A stretch of DNA of 64,000 bases from an uncultured Collinsella sp. (GTDB lineage: Bacteria; Actinomycetota; Coriobacteriia; Coriobacteriales; Coriobacteriaceae). Under the pieces are notes generated by a model. It saw only the letters and a program-made list of their open reading frames with translations, was not told where the DNA came from and made no database searches. Position numbers and translations under genes: made by a program. Of this stretch, positions 9,323 through 18,027 are shown piece by piece; within the stretch, counting starts at the first letter, position 1, and each line of letters starts with the position of its first letter. The stretch is taken from the NCBI GenBank assembly GCA_958421275.1, contig CATZLI010000010.1:417-64416 (forward strand). Reading direction: 5' to 3'.

Positions 9323-10197
9323 TATTCGATCTGGGCGCCTTCCGTGTCGCACGTGAGGATATGCGTGTCGCACTTGGGGAACTGTTCGCGCAGCTTGACC
9401 TGCAGGAATTTTGCCACGATGGTGTCGTCGGTCACCGCCATAAGGGTCGAGCCCGAACCGCTGATCCAGATGGTCTTGGCGCCGCCGTTAAGGCAGGTGT
9501 CGCGCACGGCGTTGTAGTCGGGAATCAGACGGCGACGATAGGGTTCCTGGATGCGGTCGTCATTGGCGGCGGCAATCAGGTCGAGGTTACCAGTCTCCAA
9601 GCCGCGCGTCATACCGGCGATGCGGCCCATCTGCCACACGGCGGTGGAGAGCGGAATCTCCTGCGGCACGACCTTGCGCGCCTCGCTCGTGTGTACCTCG
9701 TAGGGCGGAATCACGGTAATAAAACGCAGGCGATCGCTCACCTCGTAGCGCAGGCACTGGGGGAGCGAGTCGGTCGGCGTAAAGGAGCAGACGGCGCCGC
9801 CCAGGATGGCGGGGGCGACGTTATCGGGATGGCCCTCGACTTCGGTGGCAATGCGAACAAGCTCGGCGCGGTCGACGGTGTGGCCTGTCAGTGCGGCGGC
9901 GGCCATAATGCCGGCGACGACGCAGGTGGAGCTGGAGCCTAGGCCGCGGGCGACGGGAACGTCAGTCTGAATGTCGATGGCAACGGGAAAAGCCGGCTCG
10001 CCCCATGCGGCCAGTGCATCGACAAAGCTGACGTAGACCAGGTTGTCCTCGTTTTGGAACTCCTCGGGGCAGCCCGTGATGGTGAGCCTGTCGGTGCGCT
10101 CGAAGGTGAAGTGCGAGTAGAGGCTGACGGCCATGCCGAGGGTATCGTAGCCGATGCCTAGGTTGGCGCTGGTTGCTGGGACGGTGATTTTGATCAT
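9316..10197 (-). CDS. thrB: Homoserine kinase
   Basis: N-terminus MIKITVPATSANLGIGYDTLG and GHMP-kinase motif GLGSSS. An AGGAGG RBS lies upstream. Confidence 0.9.
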   Translation of the reverse strand: MIKITVPATSANLGIGYDTLGMAVSLYSHFTFERTDRLTITGCPEEFQNEDNLVYVSFVDALAAWGEPAFPVAIDIQTDVPVARGLGSSSTCVVAGIMAAAALTGHTVDRAELVRIATEVEGHPDNVAPAILGGAVCSFTPTDSLPQCLRYEVSDRLRFITVIPPYEVHTSEARKVVPQEIPLSTAVWQMGRIAGMTRGLETGNLDLIAAANDDRIQEPYRRRLIPDYNAVRDTCLNGGAKTIWISGSGSTLMAVTDDTIVAKFLQVKLREQFPKCDTHILTCDTEGAQIEYL

Positions 10198-10209
10198 GTG
10201 GGTCCTCCT

Positions 10210-10322
10210 GGGCGGTCTGCCTGTTTAGTTCGCTGCTCGGGCAGTCCTGGCTCGCTCGGAAAGCACATTAAGTGCTTTCCGGCTTGTGCGGAACTCGCGA
10301 CGAACTAAACAGGCAGACCCGC
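10210..10322. repeat. Roughly 110-bp nested palindrome in the thrC-thrB intercistronic gap
   Basis: GGGCGGTCTGCCTGTTTAGTTCG (10210-10232) pairs with CGAACTAAACAGGCAGACCCGC (10301-10322). There is an inner hairpin CGGAAAGCAC-ATTAA-GTGCTTTCCG at about 10256-10281. Confidence 0.7.
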
Positions 10323-10350
10323 TCGCATGCTCGTCATCATCCCGAAAGCT

Positions 10351-10386
10351 AAATAAAAAGAAGGTGCGCCGGCTTTCGCCGGCGCT
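10351..10386 (-). terminator. Intrinsic terminator downstream of thrC
   Basis: GC stem GCGCCGGC-GAAA-GCCGGCGC, followed on the minus strand by ACCTTCTTTTTATTT. Confidence 0.6.
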
Positions 10387-10397
10387 TAATAAGGGGT

Positions 10398-11915
10398 CTA
10401 GTTGGTGCTCATTCGTTTTGCTGCAGACTCGACGTAGCTTGCCATCTCATCGACGTTGCAGACGTCTTCGAAGCGGACGGGCTTGGACTCGAGCTCGGCG
10501 AGTTGGACCGGGGCAACCGTGTTGGTTGCCTGCTCGAGCACTCGCATGGCCTCAAAGTCGTCCTCGGGAACGTCGAGGCCCAGGGCGTCGCAGCAGGCAC
10601 GCGGGAACTTGTAAGGGCTGGCGGTCGAAAGCAGCACGCGGGCCTTGGCGCCCTCGGCGGGGGCGACCTTTTCGAAGACGTGATAGCCGCAAGCGGTGTG
10701 CGGGTCGATCACGTAGCCGTTCGCGTCCCAGCAGCTCTTGATGGCGGCGCGGACCTCGTCCTCGCTGGCCCAACCGCAGCCAAAGACGCTCTGAATCTTT
10801 GCCAGCAGCTCGGCGGGCACCTCGTAGCGGCCGGTCTGGGCAAGCTGCTCCATAAGGTCGGCAACGAGTTCGCAGTCGCCATCGGACAGGAAGTAGAGCA
10901 TGCGCTCGAGGTTGGAGCTGATGAGGATGTCCATCGACGGCGAGATGGTCGTGAAGAACGGTCGGTTACGGTCGTAAACGCCGGTGGTCAGGAAGTCGGC
11001 AAGCACATTGTTCTTGTCGCTCGCCACGACGAGCTTGGCGACGGGCAGACCCATGCGCTTGGCATAGTAGCCGGCCAGGATGTCGCCAAAGTTGCCGGTC
11101 GGTACGCAGAACTCCACGGCGTCGCCGGCCTCGATGGCGCCGGCGCGCAGCAGCTGCGCATAAGCGGCAAAGTAGTAGACTACCTGTGGCACCAGGCGGC
11201 CGACGTTGATGGAGTTGGCACTCGAAAGCACCGTGCCGGCGGCCTCAAGACGCTCGGCAAGCTCCTTATCGGCAAAGATGCGCTTGACGGCACTCTGGGC
11301 ATCGTCGAAGTTGCCGCGGATGCCGCAGACGGCGACGTTATCGCCCTCCTGCGTGGACATCTGCAGATTCTGCACGCGGCTGACTTTGCCTTCGGGATAA
11401 AAGACGGTGATGCCCGTGCCCGGAGCGTCGGCAAAACCGGCGAGTGCTGCCTTGCCCGTGTCGCCCGATGTGGCGGTGACGATCATGATGCGCTCGGCGC
11501 CGCCGTCCTTGGCGGAAGTGCGGGCCATCAGACGGGGGAGCATCTGCAGAGCGACGTCCTTAAAAGCGCTCGTGGGGCCGCCAAAGAGCTCCATCACATA
11601 GGTTTGCGGGGCGTCGGCACCCGGTGCGGCGTCGAGTTTGACGAGCGGCGTGACCTCTTCGCTCGCAAACGTGCCGCGGTATGCCTCGTCGACACACGCC
11701 GAAATTTCTTCGGCCGTGTAATCATTCAGTAACATTCCCAACACATCTTGAGCGATTTCAAAGTACGATTTAGCTGCAAGCGAGCTGATATCGACCTGCT
11801 GGGTGCCAAGCTCGTCCGAGACAAACAAACCCCCGTCGGGAGCGATGCCGGTGCGGATTGCCACCTTACTTGAGCACGATAAAGTGCGTCCTCGTGTACT
11901 ATGATAAGTTCCCAT
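10398..11915 (-). CDS. thrC: Threonine synthase (long form)
   Basis: Start taken at MGTYHSTRG, the typical ThrC N-terminus. PLP-lysine region PTSAFKD. Length is about 505 aa. Confidence 0.85.
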   Translation of the reverse strand: MGTYHSTRGRTLSCSSKVAIRTGIAPDGGLFVSDELGTQQVDISSLAAKSYFEIAQDVLGMLLNDYTAEEISACVDEAYRGTFASEEVTPLVKLDAAPGADAPQTYVMELFGGPTSAFKDVALQMLPRLMARTSAKDGGAERIMIVTATSGDTGKAALAGFADAPGTGITVFYPEGKVSRVQNLQMSTQEGDNVAVCGIRGNFDDAQSAVKRIFADKELAERLEAAGTVLSSANSINVGRLVPQVVYYFAAYAQLLRAGAIEAGDAVEFCVPTGNFGDILAGYYAKRMGLPVAKLVVASDKNNVLADFLTTGVYDRNRPFFTTISPSMDILISSNLERMLYFLSDGDCELVADLMEQLAQTGRYEVPAELLAKIQSVFGCGWASEDEVRAAIKSCWDANGYVIDPHTACGYHVFEKVAPAEGAKARVLLSTASPYKFPRACCDALGLDVPEDDFEAMRVLEQATNTVAPVQLAELESKPVRFEDVCNVDEMASYVESAAKRMSTN

Positions 11916-12019
11916 ATAACACTGCTCCTCGGATGCCTTGGTCCCAATCGGTGAAACCATGGTATCAGAGCGCACAAAATAGGTTCGCAGAGGCTTTTTA
12001 GAAAGGTAACCTCAAGCCC

Positions 12020-13408
12020 ATGATTAAGATTGCCAAGTTTGGCGGCTCGTCGGTCGCCGACGCCGAACACTTCAAGAAGATCAAGGCCATCGTCGATGCC
12101 GACCCTGCCCGCCGTTTTGTGGTGGTTTCCGCCTGCGGCCGCCGCTTTAAGGGCGACACTAAGGTAACCGACCTGCTCTACCTGGTTAACGCGCACGTTA
12201 AGTATCACGTGTCGTGCGAGGAACTACTCGAGGACATCGGCCAGCGCTATTTTGATATCGCTGACGAGTTGGAGCTCACCTATTCCATCCGCGAGGAGTT
12301 CGCGGCCTTTGCCGAGCGCGCCCGCTCGGGCGGCTACTCTACCGAGGAGCTCGTGAGCCGTGGCGAGTACTTCACCGCTCGCCTGATGGCGGAGTACCTG
12401 GGCCTGCCGTTCTTGGACGCCGCGACGGTTGTGGCGTTCCATCATGACGGTACGCTCAGCATGAATCGCACCTCCGAGCTGGTGCAGGAGTACGGCCAGC
12501 AGGGCGGCTTTGTTATGCCCGGTTTCTACGGCGCGACGCGTGAGGGCCAGATCAAGCTGCTCGACCGTGGTGGCGGCGATATTTCCGGCTCGATCTTGGC
12601 TAAGTGCCTGGGTGCCGACCTGTACGAGAACTGGACCGACGTCTCGGGCTTCTATTCTGCCGATCCGCGTATTGTTCCCGAGGCTCAGCCCATTGCGCGC
12701 GTTACCTACGAGGAGCTGCGCGAGCTTTCTTACATGGGTGCAAGCGTCCTGCACGAGGAGGCTGTGTTCCCCGTGCGCGAGGCCGGCATTCCGCTGGTCA
12801 TCAAGAACACCAATGCGCCGCAGGACCCCGGCACCATCATTAGCGAGACGGCTGACGAGGGCGAGGCAGAGCCCATCATTACCGGCGTGACCGGCAAGCG
12901 CGGCTTTGTCGCCATCAATGTCGCCCGCGACCGCACCAAGCCCCGTGTTGGCTTTATGCGCCGTGCGCTTTCGGTGTTCGAGCGTTATGACGTTTCCGTC
13001 GAGCATATGCCCACCGGTGTCGACCGCTTTGGCGCCGTGGTGCAGGAGCAGGACGTTCACGATTCGCTGTACTCGCTCGTGGGCGACATTCAGCAGGAGG
13101 TCGAGCCGCTCGAGATCGAGGTTGTCGAGGGCCTGGCGCTTATCGCGACCGTCGGCCGTAACCTGCGTGGCCGCGCAGGTATCTCGGGCCATCTGTTTGG
13201 CATGCTTGGCCAGGCCGGCGTGAGCGTGCGCATGATTTCGCAGAGCTGCGACGAGATCAATATCATCATCGGTGTGGAGGAGAAGGACTTTGATCTGGCG
13301 ATTCAGACCATTTACCGCGCCTTCTCCGACGAGAACGGCATTGTGAAGGTCTCCGATCTGGAGGCTCCCGCGCCGGTCGATCCCGCTCTGGTCTCGCTCC
13401 ACAAGTAG
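12020..13408 (+). CDS. lysC: Aspartate kinase
   Basis: MIKIAKFGGSSVADAEHF amino-acid-kinase N-terminus with C-terminal ACT-like regions. Divergent from thrC. Confidence 0.85.
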   Translation: MIKIAKFGGSSVADAEHFKKIKAIVDADPARRFVVVSACGRRFKGDTKVTDLLYLVNAHVKYHVSCEELLEDIGQRYFDIADELELTYSIREEFAAFAERARSGGYSTEELVSRGEYFTARLMAEYLGLPFLDAATVVAFHHDGTLSMNRTSELVQEYGQQGGFVMPGFYGATREGQIKLLDRGGGDISGSILAKCLGADLYENWTDVSGFYSADPRIVPEAQPIARVTYEELRELSYMGASVLHEEAVFPVREAGIPLVIKNTNAPQDPGTIISETADEGEAEPIITGVTGKRGFVAINVARDRTKPRVGFMRRALSVFERYDVSVEHMPTGVDRFGAVVQEQDVHDSLYSLVGDIQQEVEPLEIEVVEGLALIATVGRNLRGRAGISGHLFGMLGQAGVSVRMISQSCDEINIIIGVEEKDFDLAIQTIYRAFSDENGIVKVSDLEAPAPVDPALVSLHK

Positions 13409-13480
13409 CTGCTATCCCAGTAGATTTTTGGACTTGCCTCAAAAATCTATGGCGGGGCGTTTCGTTTCGGTTTCGTTTCG

Positions 13481-13514
13481 ACGGGGCGGGTTTCGTGCCC
13501 GCCCCGTTCTTGTA
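13481..13514 (+). terminator. Intrinsic terminator after lysC
   Basis: ACGGGGCGGG-TTTCGTG-CCCGCCCCGT followed by TCTTGT. Confidence 0.5.
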
Positions 13515-13581
13515 TACACTGGCAACAATAATCGGCCTGCTTGGCGTGCGGGCAAAAGCCACAACCTTTAAAGGGGGAAGC

Positions 13582-14607
13582 ATGAAACAGTACACGGTTG
13601 CTATTTTGGGCGCGACGGGAGCCGTGGGCACCCAGATGCTCGAGTGCCTCAACGAGCAGGAGTTCCCGGTTGGCAAGCTCAAGCTGCTGGCGAGCGCGCG
13701 TTCTGCGGGCAAGACCGTCGAGTTCCGTGGCGAGCAGATCGTGATCGAAGAGGCTTGTCCCGAGGCCTTTGAGGGCTGTGACATTGTGCTTGGAGCTGCC
13801 GGCGACGACATCGCGAAGGAGCTACTGCCCGAGGCCGTCAAGCGCGGCGCCGTCGTGGTCGACAACAGCCATGCCTTCCGCATGGATCCCGAGGTGCCGC
13901 TGGTTGTGCCCGAGATCAATGCCGACGACATCAAGTGGCATCACGGCCTTATCGCCAACCCCAACTGCGCGACCATTATCGGCCTGGTTCCCACGTGGCC
14001 GCTGCATCAGCTCGCTGGCGTGAAGCGCATGATCGTCTCGACGTACCAGGCGGCTTCGGGTGCTGGCGCCCCCGGTATGGCCGAGCTCGAGGCTCAGCTG
14101 GCCGCCCTGGGCCGTGGCGAGGAGATTCCCGAGCCGCGCGCGTTTGCCGCCCAGCTCGCGAGCAACCTGATTCCGCAGATTGGCGGCGTCAAGGAGGAGG
14201 GCTTTACCTCCGAGGAGATGAAGTTGCAAAACGAGGGCCGCAAGATCATGCATCTGCCCGAGCTGCGCGTGAACTGCACCTGTGTGCGCGTGCCCGTGCT
14301 GCGCTCGCACTCCGAGAGCATCACGCTTGAGTTCGAGCGCGACATCACGGTGGAAGAGGCCCGTGCCGCGCTGGCTGCCGCTCCGGGTGTCAAGCTAGTT
14401 GACGACATGAGCGCCGAGGATGCGCACGACCGCTTCCCCATGCCGATGGACACCTCCGACCAGGACCTGATTTGGGTCGGTCGCGTACGCCGCGACATCT
14501 CGAACCCCGAGGCCGCGCGTGGCATCACCTTCTGGTGCTGCGGCGACCAAATCCGTAAGGGCGCGGCAACCAACGCCGTCCAGATCGCCAAGCTGCTCTG
14601 CGAGTAA
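13582..14607 (+). CDS. asd: Aspartate-semialdehyde dehydrogenase
   Basis: MKQYTVAILGATGAVG Rossmann N-terminus after an AAGGGGGAAG RBS. Active-site region IANPNCATI. Confidence 0.9.
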   Translation: MKQYTVAILGATGAVGTQMLECLNEQEFPVGKLKLLASARSAGKTVEFRGEQIVIEEACPEAFEGCDIVLGAAGDDIAKELLPEAVKRGAVVVDNSHAFRMDPEVPLVVPEINADDIKWHHGLIANPNCATIIGLVPTWPLHQLAGVKRMIVSTYQAASGAGAPGMAELEAQLAALGRGEEIPEPRAFAAQLASNLIPQIGGVKEEGFTSEEMKLQNEGRKIMHLPELRVNCTCVRVPVLRSHSESITLEFERDITVEEARAALAAAPGVKLVDDMSAEDAHDRFPMPMDTSDQDLIWVGRVRRDISNPEAARGITFWCCGDQIRKGAATNAVQIAKLLCE

Positions 14608-14621
14608 CGGTGGATCTGTCC

Positions 14622-14751
14622 GGCGGGGGCCGGGCTTGGTTTTCAGAACGTCCTCGACCATGTGTGGCGCCTTGTCCTGCTCCTTCGGAGCCGCGGACAA
14701 GGCGCCACACTGGTCTGCGGAGTGTTCTGAAAACCAAGCCCGGCCCCCGCC
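14622..14751. repeat. 130-bp three-tier palindrome downstream of asd, homologous in architecture to 9136-9322
   Basis: Outer arms 14622-14649 / 14724-14751, inner arms 14662-14677 / 14695-14710, apical CTC-C(TTCG)G-GAG at 14680-14690. Confidence 0.8.
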
Positions 14752-14959
14752 TGCGGTGACGCTGCTGCAAGCGGTCTGCGATGGGGTCGTTGTTGGTTGG
14801 GGCCGCTGGGCTGATGCAGGGGCGCGTGGTTGTTGCGGGCCCTGGTCCCGGCGGCGGCCTCGGCGCTTTGCGCCTGCCGCCTTTGGGGACTTTGGGGTCG
14901 ATTGGGGTTGTCTGCACAATTCGCGGTATTATGTTGCGGAGTTTTGAAAGGAGCCGCTG

Positions 14960-15538
14960 GTGGTCACGACGACGTTTGCTTCGCCTTTGGGCGAAATCCT
15001 GCTTGCCGCTGATGGCCGCGGTTTGACGGGGCTTTGGTTTGAGGGGCAGGAGCACTTTGGCTCCACGCTTCTCAAAGAAGATCCCGAACATGTTGAAGGC
15101 GCCGATGCGGTTTCCGGTACTGGTGGCATGTCGTCGGTAAGTCCCGCAAATGGTGCGGCTACTTCGGTGCTTGAGCGTTCTTGGGTTTGGCTGAATGCTT
15201 ATTTTGCAGGGCAGGAGCCTCGGTTTACACCGCCGTTGCATATGATTGGTACGGCGTTTCAGCGCGAGGTTTGGTTTGAGCTACTTTCTATCTCGCGTGG
15301 CGAGGTCGCTACGTATGGTGAGATCGCCCAGCGTGTTGCGGCTCGACATCGTGTACCGGGAAACGAAGCACCTGTTGTGTCTCCCCGTGCCGTGGGGGCC
15401 GCGGTCGCGCGGAATCCTATTTCGATCATTGTGCCGTGCCATCGCGTGGTTGCCGCCGACGGCTCGCTTAACGGATATGCCGGCGGGCTTGACCGCAAGG
15501 AGTGGCTGCTTCGGCTCGAGGGCGCGTACGAGGAATAA
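14960..15538 (+). CDS. ogt: Methylated-DNA--protein-cysteine methyltransferase
   Basis: Active-site motif IIVPCHRVV, with TYGEIA upstream of it. GTG start after GAAAGGAG. Confidence 0.85.
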   Translation: MVTTTFASPLGEILLAADGRGLTGLWFEGQEHFGSTLLKEDPEHVEGADAVSGTGGMSSVSPANGAATSVLERSWVWLNAYFAGQEPRFTPPLHMIGTAFQREVWFELLSISRGEVATYGEIAQRVAARHRVPGNEAPVVSPRAVGAAVARNPISIIVPCHRVVAADGSLNGYAGGLDRKEWLLRLEGAYEE

Positions 15539-15682
15539 CGTTCGAGCACTTTGCATAGCCAAGACGCCGTGAAAGAACGGGATGCGCTTTCCGAATGGCG
15601 TCCCAAACGGAAACCGTGTCCCGGAATACAGCCTTAGAGTGGGATGCCGTTTCCGGTTGAGACCACTTGCTTGGACATCTTT

Positions 15683-15897
15683 CTACGCCCGCTTCTGCAG
15701 GGCATAGATCGACTTATCCATGTTGAACAGGTAAGCCGCGACGCAGACGATGAAGAATGCCGGCAGATTACCGAAACCGAAGACTTCGCAGCCAATCAGG
15801 ATGGGTGCGAGCAGCGTATTGGTGGCGCTGCCAAAGACGGCTGCGTAGCCCAGCGCGGCGCAAAGCGCGATGGACATGCCGAGTTGAGCCTCGTTAT
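15683..15897 (-). pseudogene. C-terminal remnant (about 70 aa) of a ClC-type chloride channel gene
   Basis: GSATNTLLAPILIGCEVFG resembles the conserved C-terminal ClC helix segment (GAxNTPLAxxxMGxELFG). No upstream channel body is present, and the frame closes at a stop codon near 15932. Confidence 0.5.
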
Positions 15898-15911
15898 GGC
15901 GACATCTGGGT

Positions 15912-16245
15912 AACAGAAAGGCCCGCGTTCCTCAGAGGCAAGATAGGCAATTCTGCTTTTGAGGTAGATCTCAATTCTGCCGACCGCATCAAACATTAAC
16001 TGCCGGAGGGCTCGGTCAAATTCATACGTGTAGATGATGGTTTCGAATGTTGTGCCTTCGCGAAAGATGGTAATCCCGGACTTGCATTTGGTTTTGTAGG
16101 GAAACCAGTAGGCCGACAGTCTGTAGTGGCCGACTTCGACCAAAGCTCGCTCGAGTTCGCTTTGATCAGAGCACTTAAGACCCCTGTATTCTGTCAATAG
16201 TGCTATTTGTTCGTTGATGGATATCCGCGACTTCCGGTATTTCAT
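15912..16245 (-). pseudogene. N-terminal third of an Abi_2 (AbiD/AbiF-like) abortive-infection gene, truncated
   Basis: HYRLSAYWFPY and YEFDRALRQLMFDAVGRIEIYLKSRIAY match the Abi_2 family N-terminal pattern. After about 110 codons the ORF runs out of frame into the ClC remnant. The local GC content is visibly lower. Confidence 0.55.
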
Positions 16246-16416
16246 TTAAGCCTCTTGATAGAAAAAGAGCTGGAGTTGCGCATCGTTGAGAGGCTTTCCA
16301 GCTTTAGCAAAACAAACTTATAAGATGCGACGGGCCGCGTCAAGATAATTACCGGACGGCCTAGGAGGCGGCTGGTTGGCTGGCTTAAAACCTAGCGCGT
16401 GAGATGACGCTCCACG

Positions 16417-17055
16417 CTATTCAGCGCGCTTGATAGGATGACGAACCACAGTCTTAAGTTTCTCCGGTGCACATTTGCGTGGATCGGAGAGATAGATTTT
16501 GTGATGGAAACGGGTGTCTGAGAAGTCGGGGACATAGCCCTGCTCGGTCGTGTATTCATTCATAGCGCCTACGGTCGCCGGTTCGTTGTCGTAGGGCCCG
16601 GTGTGCATGCATTGAACGCAGAGGCCCTCGTCAACTTTAAGCAGCTCGACGGCAGAAAAGTCAAGTTTCTTTTTGGTCGTGGCTTCCGCGACTGCCCAGT
16701 CAAAGTCATCTCGGGTGACGAAATCGGGCAGGCGAATGCACGAGATAAAGTTGAAATCGTCCTTGCGTACATAATCGATGTCGCCGCTCGGGGAGTCTTG
16801 CCACCAGAAACCCTCGAGCGGCGGTACCGCAAAGTCGAAATAGCCCTTGATACTCCTTGAGCCTTTCTTCGACATCTTGACGGTATAGGCGATGCCGTAA
16901 AGCAGCGGCAGGGCGTTTTGATACTCGCCACCTTCGGTATTTGGGTCGCCCTTTCCGCGAACGGCAACGTAGCTCATAGGCGGGACAGTTACGATGCTCG
17001 GCTTGCTTGCAGGTTTGTAGAGCTCCTTGCATTCCTTCTTAAAGTCGAACGCCAT
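16417..17055 (-). CDS. GyrI-like small-molecule-binding domain protein
   Basis: MAFDFKKECKELYKPASKPSIVTVPPMSYVAVRGKGDPN is the typical N-terminus of stand-alone GyrI-like/SOUL-type effector-binding proteins. Confidence 0.7.
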   Translation of the reverse strand: MAFDFKKECKELYKPASKPSIVTVPPMSYVAVRGKGDPNTEGGEYQNALPLLYGIAYTVKMSKKGSRSIKGYFDFAVPPLEGFWWQDSPSGDIDYVRKDDFNFISCIRLPDFVTRDDFDWAVAEATTKKKLDFSAVELLKVDEGLCVQCMHTGPYDNEPATVGAMNEYTTEQGYVPDFSDTRFHHKIYLSDPRKCAPEKLKTVVRHPIKRAE

Positions 17056-17232
17056 GTTGGCCGCCTTTCTGCGTATTGGCCTGCTTAGATAACGGAATCA
17101 TATCATAGAAACGAACAGCTGTTCGAATGATTTTGCTGACAGATAGAGATGCGTGCGTTGTGTTTGGCGGTCGGCCTGACCCCGTCGATGATTTCTCTGC
17201 CTTCCCGGCGCTTGCCTGCGCTCCCCGTTTCC

Positions 17233-17275
17233 CCATATAAAACCTGCCAAAATGAACCTGTCCCTTTTTGGTCGG
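17233..17275 (-). repeat. GGGACAG-core palindromic intergenic repeat, variant A, copy 1
   Basis: The reverse complement reads CCGACCAAAAAGGGACAGGTTCATTTTGGCAGGTTTTATATGG. Confidence 0.85.
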
Positions 17276-17325
17276 CGTGAAATGGGTAATACTAAAGAGT
17301 TATCCGACCAGATGGGAATTAATCG

Positions 17326-18027
17326 ATGGCTTATATCGAATTCAAAGACGTCATCAAGGCGTACGGCGAGGGCGATGCCCGCATTCACGCGCTCGACGGC
17401 GCGAGCTTTACCGTTGAGCGCGGCGAGCTCGCCATTATCCTGGGCGCCTCGGGTGCCGGCAAGACTACGGCGCTCAACATCCTGGGTGGCATGGATACGG
17501 TAACCTCCGGCACTGTGACGGTGGACGGGCGCGACGTGAGCTCCGCCAACGAGGCACAGCTCGTGGAATACCGCCGTGCCGACGTCGGCTTTGTCTTCCA
17601 GTTCTACAATCTGGTCCCCAACCTGACGGCGCTCGAAAATGTCGAGCTTGCGGCGCAGATTTGCCCCGATTCGCTCGATGCCGAGCAAACGCTTCGTCAG
17701 GTTGGCCTGGGCGACCGTCTTGCTAACTTTCCGGCGCAGCTTTCGGGCGGCGAGCAGCAGCGCGTGTCCATCGCCCGCGCGCTGGCCAAAAACCCCAAGT
17801 TGCTCCTGTGCGACGAGCCCACGGGCGCACTCGACTATAAAACCGGCAAGCAGATCTTGCAGCTGCTGCAGGATACCTGCCGCAAGCAGGGCATTACGGT
17901 CATCATCATCACGCACAACTCCGCGCTCGCGCCCATGGCCGATCGCCTGATCCGCTTTAAGAGCGGGCGCGTGGAGAGCGAGACGGTCCAGCAAAATCCC
18001 GTGCCGATCGAGACAATCGAGTGGTAG
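17326..18027 (+). CDS. ABC transporter ATP-binding protein (MacB/LolD/FtsE-like)
   Basis: Walker [10 protein letters not shown], signature LSGGEQQR, Walker B LLLCDEPT. Confidence 0.9.
   Translation: MAYIEFKDVIKAYGEGDARIHALDGASFTVERGELAIILGASGAGKTTALNILGGMDTVTSGTVTVDGRDVSSANEAQLVEYRRADVGFVFQFYNLVPNLTALENVELAAQICPDSLDAEQTLRQVGLGDRLANFPAQLSGGEQQRVSIARALAKNPKLLLCDEPTGALDYKTGKQILQLLQDTCRKQGITVIIITHNSALAPMADRLIRFKSGRVESETVQQNPVPIETIEW

Noticed and set aside
10286-10741. 151-aa Arg-rich plus-strand ORF spanning the thrB/thrC gap
   Set aside because: It runs through the palindrome and terminator and then antisense to thrC. Its extreme Arg/Ser/Pro composition is typical of a wrong-frame reading.
13455-13482. 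Short GTTTCG/TTTCG tandem run after lysC
   Set aside because: It has only about four short imperfect units next to a terminator. That is too short to call a meaningful microsatellite or binding array.
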